Origin: Yuukianura sp. NJ FZ-2021
Lineage: Eukaryota
Assembly (NCBI GenBank): GCA_046563655.1
Contig: CM102285.1
Location: forward strand, 1,054,001 to 1,118,000
DNA length: 64,000 nucleotides
Direction of reading: 5' to 3'
Every line of letters starts with the position of its first letter. Within the stretch, counting starts at the first letter, position 1. This document shows, piece by piece, positions 38,679 through 51,357 of this stretch. Below the pieces are notes generated by a model, which was given only the letters and a program-made list of their open reading frames with translations, made no database searches and was not told where the DNA came from. The position numbers were made by a program, and so were the translations under genes.

Positions 38679-41264
38679 ATGATTCGCAGGTTAGAAATTT
38701 TAAGATTTAAAGCAAGCTTTTTCAAAATTTTAAAAAGTTTAGAAAACGTTTCGCTGTAAAAGTTACAGCGAAATTTACAGCGAACTTTTCATGTTGCAAG
38801 AAAGTCTAACCAGAAGTTTTTTTTTCACCTTTTCAGGAAAATCACTCCAGGCTTGTCGTCAATTGGCAGGTAAGAGTCACAACTCAAGTCAGTGATCTTT
38901 TAGAGGTCAAGGGCAGTCCCAAGGTCATGACGTTGAAAACATAACAAGTTATGTCTTAACTGATTACAGTCCTGGTGGATACCAGAAGAAGAGCTTCTCA
39001 TCTGACTTTCCGCCGTCACCGATTCCCGCCTCCCCCGTGACCCCGACTTCACCAGTCAGTTTCCTCAGTTCATCAATTTCAAATGGTTCAGAAGGAAGTC
39101 CAGGCTTCAGAGATCAACTGTCACCCCAAAGTCCAAAGTCAGGGTCGTTGTCACCTCAAAGTCCAAAGTCAGGGTCAGTGTCACCCTTAAGTCCCCGAAG
39201 TCGAAAGTCAGGGTCAGTGTCACCCTTAATAAGTCCCCACAGTCTAACGTCAGGGTCATTGTCACCCCAAAGTCCTCACAGTCTAAAGTCATTGTCGCCG
39301 GAAGATGGATCAGGCAGAGTGTTCTTCGGTAGTAGGTGGCCCAACGACAAGCATTCCTACAGACTCGAAGATGTCATCGGTACTAAACCATGACACTAAG
39401 AGAAAAAAACGTTTTCAAAACGTTCCAAAATTTCAAAAACAAATTCAGTAATTCAATTATTTTATTAATACTTTTAGGATTTGGATCCTCGGCTGTCGTC
39501 CATTCGGGATTTTGTCTTCCCCGCGGTGAGAAGTGTGCCATCAAGAGAATCAATTTGGAGCAGAGCAAGGCCAGCATGGAGGAAATCCTGGTAAGGTCAA
39601 AGGTCAACATCTGAGATTTAAAACGTGGCGCGCAACATTTTGAAATTCAAAATTTGAATCTTCCAGAAAGAGATCCATGTCATGGTGACCTGCGCCCACC
39701 CAAATGTCGTGAGCTACTACACGTCATTTGTGGTAGAAGATGAGCTTTGGATTGTCATGAAACTTCATGAAGGTGGGTCTCTCCTGGACGTCATCAAGCA
39801 AACCATGAGATCACGTGATACCACTCACGGTGTCCTGGACGAAGAAACGATCGCCACTGTTGTAAGGGAAGTTCTTCAAGGACTCGCTTACCTACATAAA
39901 AGTGGACAAATTCATAGGTTAGTACTCAAAAAAGTTCAAAATTTTGATTTTATGTAACCTGTTTTTATCAGGATATTTGATTTTCCGGGAAAAACCAGTC
40001 AGCTGATTTCACATGAAAAACAATTTGGAATGTTATCGATTGACCTTGATTATTTTTAGAGACATCAAGGCTGGGAATATTTTGGTGGGAAAAGACGGTT
40101 CGGTTCAAATCGCTGATTTCGGAGTATCCGCTTGTCTCAGCGGTGTTGCCACACCCACTGATCGGGCCAGAAAGTTCACTTTCGTTGGAACGCCGTGCTG
40201 GATGTCACCTGAAGTTGTAGAAGTGAGTAAAAAAAACTTTTTTTTTATACTGTTGACCTTTGACATTTAAAGTTATGTACTGATGACCTTTGACCTACAA
40301 ATTTATGGAGAGAACGCCATTTCAGCGAATGAATTACAACGAAGCGAATTTCCCCGAAACCAATTAAAACGAAAGCTGAATTACTACGAAAGTGAATTTA
40401 CGTTTTATATAAAAAGCCGTCAGGTTACCAGTTTGATGTTCTTATTTCATTCATTGAATCCACTTACTATATTTTCGTTGTAAATCGACTTTCGTAGTAA
40501 ATTCGCTTCGTGGTAATTCAACTTTCGTTGTAATTGGTTTCGCGGAAATTCATTCGAGGAAATTTGCTTCGTTGTAATTCATTCGATAAAATGGCATGGA
40601 ACCAAAGTTATGTACTGATGAGGACCACTGGCATACGATAACCTTTGACCTACAAAATTATGCACTGATGAGATGACCTACCATGTTGTTTGCTTTGCTT
40701 TGTTTCAGAGTAATGGTGTTGGATACGACTTCAAAACTGACATTTGGTCACTGGGTATTACTGTCATCGAGATGGTCCGGGGAACGGCGCCTTATATGAA
40801 CTACCCGCCAATCAAAATCCTCATGCTCGTCATCCAGGTAAGTCCATTGCCATTAGTTAACTTTAATTCAATGTTAAAATTAAGCTTACTTGATATTTTT
40901 TGTGTTTGTGTCCCAGGATGAAAGTCCGAAACTTGAAACTGGCGCCAATTCGGCCGACGACTTCAAAAACTACGGCAAGAGCATCCGGAACTTCATTTCA
41001 CTTTGTCTCACCAAAGATCCCGCCAAACGTCCCACTGCTGCCCAGTTGCTCAAGCATCCGTTTCTCAAGAAAGCCCGTGACAAGGACTTCCTGCGGGCCA
41101 AGTTCGCCCAAGTAGCCAACACTCCAAATCCACCAAAAGTTCCAAGAAAACATGGACGGCGCACCACAGACGACCTTTCACCTACGACTGCGCAGTGGGA
41201 CTGGAACGCAGACGCTGAAACCATCGCAACAGAAGACAAAACACAAGAAAAGTCAGTCACTTAA
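38679..41264 (+). CDS. STE20-family Ser/Thr kinase, Fray/OSR1/SPAK-like
   Basis: [74 protein letters not shown]; first exons splice in frame from ATG 38679. Confidence 0.9.
39118..39300 (+). repeat. Coding minisatellite encoding SPxSPKSGS repeats
   Basis: ~30-39-nt units TCACCCCAAAGTCCAAAGTCAGGGTC repeated ~5-6 times. Confidence 0.85.
40307..40602. mobile_element. Fold-back (MULE-like) MITE in kinase intron
   Basis: Long imperfect inverted repeats GCCATTTCAGCGAATGAATTACAACGAAGC...; near-identical 9-bp flanks AAATTTATG/AAAGTTATG. Confidence 0.6.
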
Positions 41265-41812
41265 GTTTTATGTCAAGAAATTACTTGAACTTACTGCAAA
41301 AATTTTTAAAAACGTCACAATGGTATTGCTAATCTATAGTTTTCAAAAACCTAACAAATTTTTTAGAAAATACTATAACCAACCTAACATATAAAAAAAT
41401 TACCCTAGTCTAAAAATATTTTAAGTCTGCAAAATTCCGTTTGATTTAAGTTTCACCAGGAGTTGAACAAAATCCAACTAAAAAGTAATACTGATTTTGA
41501 TTTACAAAACTGAATGTCAAAATTCTAAAACTTGAAATACTAAACATGAGATTAACTTTTGATTTGTGCTGTTTACCTTATTGCAAATTGACCTTGTTGG
41601 TAAGTATACATGGTTGATATAAGGATAAGGAAAGGTCAAAGGTTAACATGAATTTCAGATTGACCTGATGTAGGATATGTTCTTGGTGATTTAGATTAGG
41701 AGAGATCCATTGTCTACCGGTTTAGGCTAGGTGAGGAAATGCCCAACGTTAGGTTAACGTTGTCGTAATGTTAACGTAACGTAAACGTTACGTTTAATGT
41801 CGAACCTAAACG

Positions 41813-44315
41813 TTATACTGACGTTTCCGAGCCAAGTCGAAGTGTGAACTTGTTGTTCTTGGGGTCAATGACCTGTTCAGTGATATTGAAATGCGGGAGA
41901 CTCGTAACAGCGATGTACAGCGTTTCGTCGCCTCCTCTCAACACAAAACTCGTGTCTCCGCTCAACGTAGATGACACGGAATGGTCAGAAATCAATGCCC
42001 AAGACGAAACGGCTCCACCACGCATAGTCTGTAACAAAAATAGCTGATCACTTAGTTAAAAATTAGCTTAGCTTAGTTAGAATTTTGAATTTAAACATCG
42101 AATTTTGAAAATGGTGTTTTTACGTGAAGGGGAGTTGGAGTGGTTGTGAATTTTTCCAAGAACGCTCTTGGGCCAAGTCCAAGTTTCAGTGAGGTTGCCA
42201 AATGCTTGAGAACGCTTTCGGCCGTGTGCCATCTCAGTTGTCTTGTGAGTCTCAAGTATTTTTGAAGCGGTCGAGCAAGTGCTGGAAACACGGCAGCAGC
42301 AGCTTCTATCGAATCAAGCCGTGTTCCGCCTCCTTGAAAATATTTTCAAAATTTTGAGCAAGAATTTACACATTTGTTTTTTCATTTTTCAAATTTTTTC
42401 CAAACAGCTGTCTAACCTTGTTCCTCACGACGTCGCTTGATATGCCGAAATGCCTCTTCCGTGGCTCCAATGAGTCTGGCTCGTCGCTTGCGTAGACGTC
42501 GCTCGAATTCTTGCTCTTCATAGAACCGCTCGTTGTGCGAATTCCCACGTTGAGGACGAAGCATGGACTTGAAAAGAATAAGATTTAAAATATTAAAAAT
42601 TTAAGAATAATCATTTATATTTGATTAATTTAAATATTTTGAAGTTCTTACTGCTCCTGAGGCGACTCCATCCAGTTCGTAGAACTTAAACGAAGGAGCA
42701 ATTGATGGTTGATGAGAAAGTGAGTTATGGCGTCTGCGTAGAGGAGGAAGTCTGTCCATATGTGGATTGTACGCTGGAAATTCAGCGTAGTAGCGCTGCA
42801 AAACGAAAACAGCTGCTCGCTGAATACTCAGTTTTCCAATGCAGTACCTCCGTTCTACTCCATCCGGTGAGCGAAGAACTGAAATCTGAAGAAAAACTGT
42901 TAGCTTGTTTCAAAAATTGAACAAACTAAATTTTGGTTTAAAAACTTCCGGTTAGGTTTCTCAGTTTCCAAGAATAATGAAATATTGGCAGTATTTATCA
43001 AATACTGGAAGTACCTGAAAAGTTGGTGAGAGATGTTGAACTTCCGTTAGTAAAACTCCCAAATAATGCACAGCCAAAAGTCCATCGGCCAAACCTCCTA
43101 CATGACCAAAAATACTTGCGAATTTAAAAATTTTAGTTTTAAAGTTAGTTAAAGAACAACATTTCAACGATTATGAGCAGCATTTTGCTTACCGGCGAAT
43201 GCAACTGCTCCAAGTGTTGACAGCTCCTCCTCTCCGCGAACCTTAGTCCAGAAAAAGTAAGTTTCCGATAACTTAATTCTGTTAATTGAGATCAATTAGT
43301 CATGGATTACTTACGATATAGAAGAGCCAGAACGTGAAGGTAGCGATAACAGCGAGCATGAGTGCAACTGACTTGTGGAAAAATATTCTTGGCATGGTGG
43401 CTGGCGGTTGACGACAAAAAATACACCAAACAGCTCCACCCAAAACGATCATCTTGAGAGCCAGACTTATGAGCAACGCTGAGCACTCCGTTCCACATTC
43501 ACGAAGTCCCACCGGCGGCGGAGCCCATGAGGGAAATCCAACCTTAGGCCCCACCACCATCACAATGGGGCTCAACAGAGACAGGATAAGCAGAAACCCA
43601 CTGAAACAGGAACCCAAGTACCTAAAAGCAACAACAAAGTTTAATTCAAAGCCTTGAAAAAAACTTTTGAAAACGTTTCGAAATCGCTAAAACTTACCTG
43701 TGAGCCCATGACAGCCGACCTCTGTCGTTGTCATTTTCGTCAGCTGCGAGCTGGGCCCACTTGAATTCTCCGTTTCCCGTCACCCCTGTGGCGGTTGTTG
43801 TGGTTAATGTTGGTGAGATGGACCTATCCGAATTGTTTCCATTTTCCCTCTCGGTCACTTGATGATGTTCCGCTTGTACGTTTTCCCATGGTGCTCCCTA
43901 TCGAATCAAAAAACCAATGAACTGTGTCAGATAAGTTGAATCTAACTTTGATCAATTAAATACAAGACTTACGGTTGTAAATGGAATATTTTGTTGTCTC
44001 TGATCGAATTCTGGAGAGTAATCGTTGATACCCAATCGACTGTTTCTGCCGCCTCCCATCTCTACCAATGCATCTTCCTCTGGTCCAGTACCCCGAGCAG
44101 ACCTACCGTCGGTTATCCAAAGTTATGTCAGTTATAGCACAATTTATGTGAAATAGAAAGCAGGAAGAGATGACCCCTGACCTGATGTTACTTGTGGAAT
44201 GATGATGTCTCCTTTGCAAGTGTTTTTTGGATACTGAACTGGACAAAGACAGAGCACTGCCGCTTCTGTCTCTGGTTCGCCTTCCCTGTTGCGGTGTCAC
44301 GGCCACAACGTCCAT
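41813..44315 (-). CDS. Vang: Van Gogh/Strabismus planar-cell-polarity protein
   Basis: TM exons ([16 protein letters not shown]), [39 protein letters not shown]-terminal PDZ ligand RLGSETSV*. Confidence 0.93.
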
Positions 44316-45713
44316 ATCACTTCGTACGCAGCTCAAAGCAATGTGTCATCTCATGTTACCGAAATCGATAAGAATACGTCAGTGACGAGGACGATCGAAG
44401 ATCTACGGAAGGCAAAAATACAACACAGCTGATTAGTAATCGTCTTTCTCACAATTTGCAAAACCGAATAAGAAAATGAAATAAAAAGGGAATGATTCAA
44501 ATATCGACCGGTATTCTCAGGGTAAAAATAAGAGTTAAGCTAAAGATGTGCGGATTATAAGGTTGATGAAGAGTTGGTTAATCGATTAGTACCGGTAATC
44601 TTATCGTTGTTGAGATCTTTGTTGTGGGCGTTGTTCGTCGGCGGATTATGCACGGGAAAACCGAAATTCCGAAGAACGGGGTATCCCTCACTCTCACCCC
44701 TCATCTCCTTTCACCCTCTTGATTTACTACAAAAAAAAACAATGCAACCGACAAGTTTGTACGGACCAAGGTTTCTTTTTTTAAAAAAATTTTTGAAAGT
44801 TTTTTTTTTTGGAAACTGTGTCGATTCTTGTAAGGAATGTTGAATGTATCGCTTGAGCCTTACAAATTCATCATGGGTTGAATTTAAAACAGAAATCGCT
44901 GCAGAGTTAAATTTAAAAAAAAACTACCCTTCAATTAAACTGGTGGAAATAAGGATTAACGACAGTTATTGTAGCCTTATAATGTTGCCACTCCGCCACT
45001 TTTATGGTTACAATAGGTGCATACACCTGAGTGGCAACATAACTTTAATCTAACAAGTGCATAAGTTGCTGCGTTGTGTTGCCACTAACAATGGTCAGCG
45101 TGGCAACACTTTCAGGCTACAATGACGCTCGCTAAATATTATAGCAATCCTTAGACTTTAATTACTTTTACGTTAATTGCGATTAGTCTTTTATTTAAAG
45201 TAAGAGTTAAATTAAAAGTTCATAAACACTTCCGCTACTTCCTATCTTAAGCGTTATCCTTGTTAAATGTTAAATCGGACTCGTGGTGCATATGTCTGAC
45301 GAATAACAGCTGGAATTCCCCACTAAATTTGTTTAAACCTCTTTTGTTTAAATTTTGACAGAATTTTAGTTCTAAAAATAAATCTCTTGACACTCCCCGG
45401 CAAGAGTTAGTTGAAGCGAGTCCTTGGGGAAGAGCCAACTTTTTTAGAAATTCTAAATTCTAAAATTAGGGTTGCTTTTTAGTCTTAGGAAGTGCAGAGG
45501 TCTGGACGACGTCGCGTGGTTAGCGGGGCAGTGGGGCACGAGGCACAAATTAAGAAAAAGTTTAAAAGCTTTTTTAATCTTTTGTCTTCTCCTGTTTTGC
45601 TTCCCCCGCCAACCAGCGACGAGGTAAAACTACTTAAGCTTACTTTCAAAAAACAAGATTTTTTTTTTCAAAATTTCAAATTTTTTTTTAGTTTGACCTT
45701 GACCTCTGACATC

Positions 45714-47325
45714 ATGGACTCATTTGGGGCAGACATTTCCTTAAGTCTGGGTGGTAAGGTGAAGTGGATCCCATCTAAATATCACTACGACGACATTGGA
45801 TCCAGGCTATTCCAGGACATCATGGCCTTGCCAGAGTACTATCCAACTCCATGCGAATTTCAAATCCTATCGACGCATGCGCCAGCGATCCTCAGTTTGC
45901 TTAACTTTGGACGCAACTTCAAGGTCGTCGAGCTGGGATGTGGCGATGGCCTCAAAACGCTGGAACTACTGCGAGCATTCTGCACCGCTCTGGCTGATTT
46001 TACATACGTTCCGGTTGATATCTGCGCAGAAGCGGTGGACAACGCAGAACGGCGCATGCGTGAAGACCTTCCGGCTCTGCGCATGGAGCCCTTAGTAGGT
46101 GACTACTTTGCCCTGTTGGACGAACTTCGACTGAAAGGGCAGGAGTGCCTATTCCTGTTCCTTGGCGGAAATATTGGAAATTTTACTTGGGAAGAAGCCA
46201 TGGACTTCCTGGGCAGAATTTGGAAGCGCATGGCAAGTGGAGACAAAATTCTAATTGGATTTGACCTTCAGAAAGACCCGGAAGTCATTTCAAAAGCTTA
46301 CAATGATTCTCAGGTAAACTCATATCAAAATCACGCACTTTGCGTGTTATCATGTTAAGTGTCGAAAAATAACAACAAGGTCAAAACGGGTTTTTCCAAA
46401 AACGTTTTTTTTACATGAATTGTTCCGTCGTAAAAACGTTTTTTGCTCGAAACTTCTCATGCCAAAACGTTTTTTGTAAAACAAGACTTATTTGTTCTTT
46501 TCGACAAAAAAAAACAAACACTGCAGCTGGAAGCGTGCTGGGGCTTCGCCGCAGATTACTGTCAATACTAGTATATTAATTAATTATTTTACATCTTCAC
46601 AAAATTTTAAAAAATTTTGAAATTTAGAAATTCTTATCAATGGTGTTCGAGTCATTAGTTTTGAACTTTTCGTTACAAGCTCTGCTGTGCAAAGCGTGTT
46701 GGAGCTTCGCCCAAAACCATTCCAAGCTTCTTTCTGCTGAATCTTCGACAAATGAGAAGTCTCACATTGCCCCCAAAATTTTATATAAAAATATTTGGCG
46801 GGAATGGAAATTTCGAAACTTAAAAATTTCATTAGTATTTACTGCAATAGGTAACACGCGAAAGCACGGACACATACCCATACCTTTCAAATAGTAATGG
46901 ATATGATGTTGTGTTGACAAAATTGTTGTTGACAAAGTTGTTATTAATATGTTGTTTATCTAATTCTTGTTGATCATTTTAACTAGGGTGTAACACGAGC
47001 CTTCAACATGAACCTGCTGGAGCGGATTCGTCAAGAACTAAAAGCAGACGTGAATTTGTCTCACTTTGACTTTTTGTCCAACTACAATCCAAATACCGGA
47101 GAAGTCCGAACGTACCTCGTCAGTCTCCGGCAACAAACGTTTCGAAGTGACGTTCTCAACCAAACTTTCAAATTTGAAAAAGACGAAAAAATTCAAGTCG
47201 AGTTGTCCAAAAAATATACTCTTTCAGAAATTGACTCTTTAGCTACCTCACTCCGATTCAACGTCCTCAACAACTTTCTGGACGACAAAAACTACTACAC
47301 AGTTTCACTGTGGGAAAAAAACTAA
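45714..47325 (+). CDS. egtD: EgtD-family (Methyltransf_33) L-histidine N-alpha-methyltransferase-like, 312 aa, exons 45714-46313 and 46987-47325
   Basis: KWIPSKYHYDDIGSRLFQDIMALPEYYPT, SAM motif VVELGCGDGLKT, YVPVDI, FLGGNIGN, GFDLQKD...AYNDSQ|GVTRAFNMNLLERI, VELSKKY; phase-0 GT-AG intron restores the frame. Confidence 0.92.
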
Positions 47326-48610
47326 ACAATAACAAGCAATTATTTAGTAGTTAAGAGAGGTCGTATGTCAAAAAGTTCAAAATTTAAAATTCAACAAAAA
47401 GTGTTTTGACGTCCAACCAAAACCCATTGACCTCTGACGTCAAATAGTCCATTGTTGTTTACAGCAGTACACAAATCATATAGTAAACTACTTATTACCA
47501 CAAAAAAACTATTTTAATGCGCAGATTACGTTACAAATGATCAAGTTGTGATCGTGATCAGGTTCAATAAAGATGTTGTTGTCTTACAACTGGACGAGAA
47601 ACATGCAATGTAACAAAAAAGTTTTGTTTTTCTTTAAAAAGTTCATAAAAACTTGTTTTTCTAAAGTAGCAGTTATTAATTTTCACAGACTTTTGACTTC
47701 TGGAAAATCCTTGCTTTTGAAAACCAGAAATAGATTGAGAACAAAAAGAGTTTTTAGTTACTAAGTAAACAATTTTGAAAACTTTTGTTGAGGAAGTTTT
47801 AAAGGTCAAAGGTCACGAGAAAAAATTTTGAACTTGGCCTTGTTCAAATTGGTTTCGGAAGTTTGGGAATTTACAAAGTTTAAAGAAAATTCCCTTACGA
47901 AGTTTTTTTTTGTGAAAAGTTTTAAGTTTTTGGTGAAAATTTCTCACCAATTTGAGGAAATTTTAACTTTTTAAAAGTTAAGTAAGAGCATGCGCAGGTT
48001 GCATGCCAGTTTTAGTGAAAATCTACGTCAATCTTCTCACATTCTCTTCAAAATTTTGGTTCAGACTAGTTTTTTGAAAAAAAAATTAGACCCATAGTTC
48101 CTAGTGCAGCAAAAAATGTGTTATGTAAAAATATTCGCGAATTTCCAGGAAAGGTTGTTTAGATGGATTAATTAAAATTAAAAAACAATTCTTTAAGAAA
48201 TGAAATCATTAAAAAACTGGAAAATTTAGTTTTCGAAGCAAATAGAAACTACTAAATTTCTCACGTACGTTAAAAGTCATAGTGTTGTTTGAGAACTACT
48301 TAGGACAACGTAACAAGTATTTTTAGTCAGTCAAACAGGTTTTTGAAAAATTCAAATTTCAAAAAGAAAAAAAATTGACGACTCGGAAAATCCATCAGTT
48401 TATTGCCTTATTTAATTACAAATTAAATCCTACTTACAACTACACTCAGAAATGACCATTTGATACAAAAAACAAATTACATGATGACCTATGCACATTA
48501 TCGCACATGCGCATTATACACGAACTTTATTCCAAAAACCTCTTTTGTGAATTTTTTTCTAAAGTTTTACGTTTCAGTTCAGTTTTAATACTTTTTTTTA
48601 GTTAAGCAGT

Positions 48611-50194
48611 TTAGCTTTTTCTTCTGTAAATCAAATCGAGTAGTTCTTTAACTGGTTTGCGCAGTGGTTCTGGCTGAATCACTTGAATTCTTTTCAAAAT
48701 CCTGTCGTACTCCTTCACTTCAAACCTTTGAAAAACACGCTTCATGTTCAGCGTTTTGTAAATCGCTTGGACTTTTTCAACATTTCCTTCCTTGGGTGAT
48801 CCGTAGCTCTCTTGCAGAATGGCTTTCTGTTCCAGTGTGGCTCTCTCCAGTGCTTCCACGATCATCCAACTGCACTTTCCATCTAGGATGTCCGTCCCCA
48901 CCTTCCCAGTGACCTTGGGGTCACCGTAAAGATCCAAATAGTCGTCCTGGATTTGGAACAAACGACCAATATCCACCAAAACGTCCTTCACCTTCTCATA
49001 TGTCGCTGTATCGCTGACTCCACCCTGCAACAAAAAAGAACGGGAAATGTTGAACAACGCCGTAAAAGTTAAAAAGTTAAAAGTTAGATAATTGAAAGAT
49101 AAAACAGTGAAAAAGTTACAAGCTAAAAAGTTGACAGTGAAAAGATGAAAAGTAAAAAAAGGACAAAAAGTTAAGTTAAAATTTAAAACGTTAAAAATTA
49201 AAAGTTGAAGAGTTAAAAGTTAGAAGCTAAAAGCTAAAAGCTAAAAGCTAAAAGTTGAAAGTTGAGAGCTAAAAGCTAAGGGCCAAAAGCTAAAAGTTAA
49301 AAGTTGACATGTTAAAAGATAAAGTTAAAACTTGGAAACGAGAGTTGAAAAAGTTTTCACTTACGAGGATCATGCCGAGGGCGACTGGGCAACAGAAGGA
49401 GTAGATGCTAGTTTTGTACTTGACAATTGTGTCGTATGTGGAACGAGTGAACCTGAAAGTTGATTTAAAAAGTTGACCTTTGACCTATGACTTTTGACCT
49501 TTGACCTGTGAAACTGACCTGGCAAAGTCTGGGAGGATGCTGAATCGCGTGTCCAGTGCTTGTCCAAGGATAGTGACGAGCATCGTATCTTGACACATGA
49601 CCATGAAACTTTCGTAGAACTCCGTGTCAAAGAAATACTTCCGAATCAAGCGCCACGCAATATTCTGCAGCAGCAAAACGTCGTTGATTGCCGACAAACC
49701 GACGTCTGCACGCATGTACCACGCCGGTTTCCCGCGGCGCACTGTAGATCCATCCATGATATCATCAGCAATGAGGGCAGAGGTGTGAAACTTTAGAATT
49801 TCAAAAAAAAACCTTCAAAATGTCCATTTGGTTCAAAATTTTGAAAAAGTTGAAAAATTAGACTCACAATTTCTGAAACCCAACCGGCGACGCAAACCAA
49901 GAAGTCCATTTCTGGTGAGCGCTCTTTTAGACTTCTGTATACGACCGTGATAGCAACAGCTCTGATGAAAAAATTTCAAAAAATGTTTAAAATTTTGAAA
50001 AATTTCAAATTTTTTTTGAAAACGAACCTGCTCTGTTTTCCAAACGGAACATTCAACTCCATCACGGTTTCCAACCAGCCCATGATTGCTCCCAATTCTG
50101 AAAATTGTTCGTCTGTTTTCAAATCAACCAAAATCTTTTTCCAAACCACCATCAACTCCTTCCGCATAGCGTCGGTATCTGTAAAATTACTCAT
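48611..50194 (-). CDS. FPPS-like trans-isoprenyl diphosphate synthase, copy 1 (5 exons, 344 aa)
   Basis: Exons 50194-50028, 49961-49868, 49790-49519, 49452-49365, 49024-48611; FARM DDIMD..RRGKPAWY, GQALD, KYKT, SARM QIQDDYLD, GKVGTDI.DGKCSW. Confidence 0.92.
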
Positions 50195-51357
50195 TTTTTT
50201 TCAAAATTCAAAATTTTCAAAAAAGAACTTTTTTTTTATTGAGGAAGTTTTAGTAAACACTTAATGTAAAGATTGTTGAGCAAGACTGAAGCGTCCGGTT
50301 GAACTGAGATCCAGTTTTATTCCGCATGGCCCATGGTCAACCTCTTAATGATTGGGGAATCCCACAAATTTAAAATGACCCGCGCATGCGCGGCAACACT
50401 AAAAATTATTGTCCACTGCTGGAACAAAACAAGAAAACATTCTCAAGAGAAGGGGAAAAACGACTTCACATGCAAATCCCCCCATATCATAATGAAAATC
50501 ACACACATAAAAACAAGTTTTTATAAAACAGGAAAAATTCTTTCCAAAATTTTATTTTCATTGGATTTTCTCGTTTTTAAAAAAAAACGACAGTGCTAAA
50601 CAGAAAGAAAAAGGCGTAACCTCACCCCGTCACTTCCTCTGAACGTCACTATTCATACAAACCCGGGATTTTGAAATTGACAGTTTTTCAAAAACATATA
50701 ATTTTTATAATTGTTACAAATGTGAAAATGTTAAAACCGTAAGAGAAGACGTACGATAAATTCTGAATAACAAGTTGAAAGTTGACGTCATTATGAATGA
50801 ACCAGTTCTCTTGCGTTTACAATGCTAAATTTTTCTTAGAAATTTATAAATGCGTAGGTTTCAAAAACTTCAAAAACATTTTTTTTACAAAACCATGAAT
50901 AAGAATACTTGCAGTAGAAAACTTAGCGGCAACTCTACTGCAGAGAAAGAATTGACCTCTGGTGACCGTTGACCTCTGGTGACCTTTGACCTCTGGTGAC
51001 CTAGTGTTGATATGCTTAGTAGACTCCGGTTTGTTTGTAAAATTTTTTAATTAATGTAAATTGACTACCGAACTAAATTAAAACTGAGTATAGAGATGAG
51101 TTAATTAATTGACCTAGCTAAATTTTAAATTATGGAAAGACTGGTCCACAAAATTGGTTATAAAATTTTATCGTGTGAACCTGCTGTGCTTGCCGAATTC
51201 CAGCAAATTCCCAAAAGCGAATTCGACAGCATGAGAATTTAAGCTCTAGCTAGTTGGTGATTTTGATTCCCAAGGGCTCTTTGTTGAAGTTTTTTCAAAA
51301 GTTTTTGGTTTTAGTTCAGTTTTACGACTTTTTAAATACCTTTTTTAGTTAAACTGT

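Noticed and set aside
45492-47325. Bacterial contamination as the source of egtD; longer N-terminus from 45492
   Set aside because: The gene has a spliceosomal intron and host-like flanks; family similarity begins at ATG 45714 and the upstream frame crosses intron-like T/A tracts.
49060-49330. Long AAAAGTT/AAAAGCT array as a separate element
   Set aside because: Simple-sequence expansion in FPPS intron 4; shorter versions occur in the paralogous introns.
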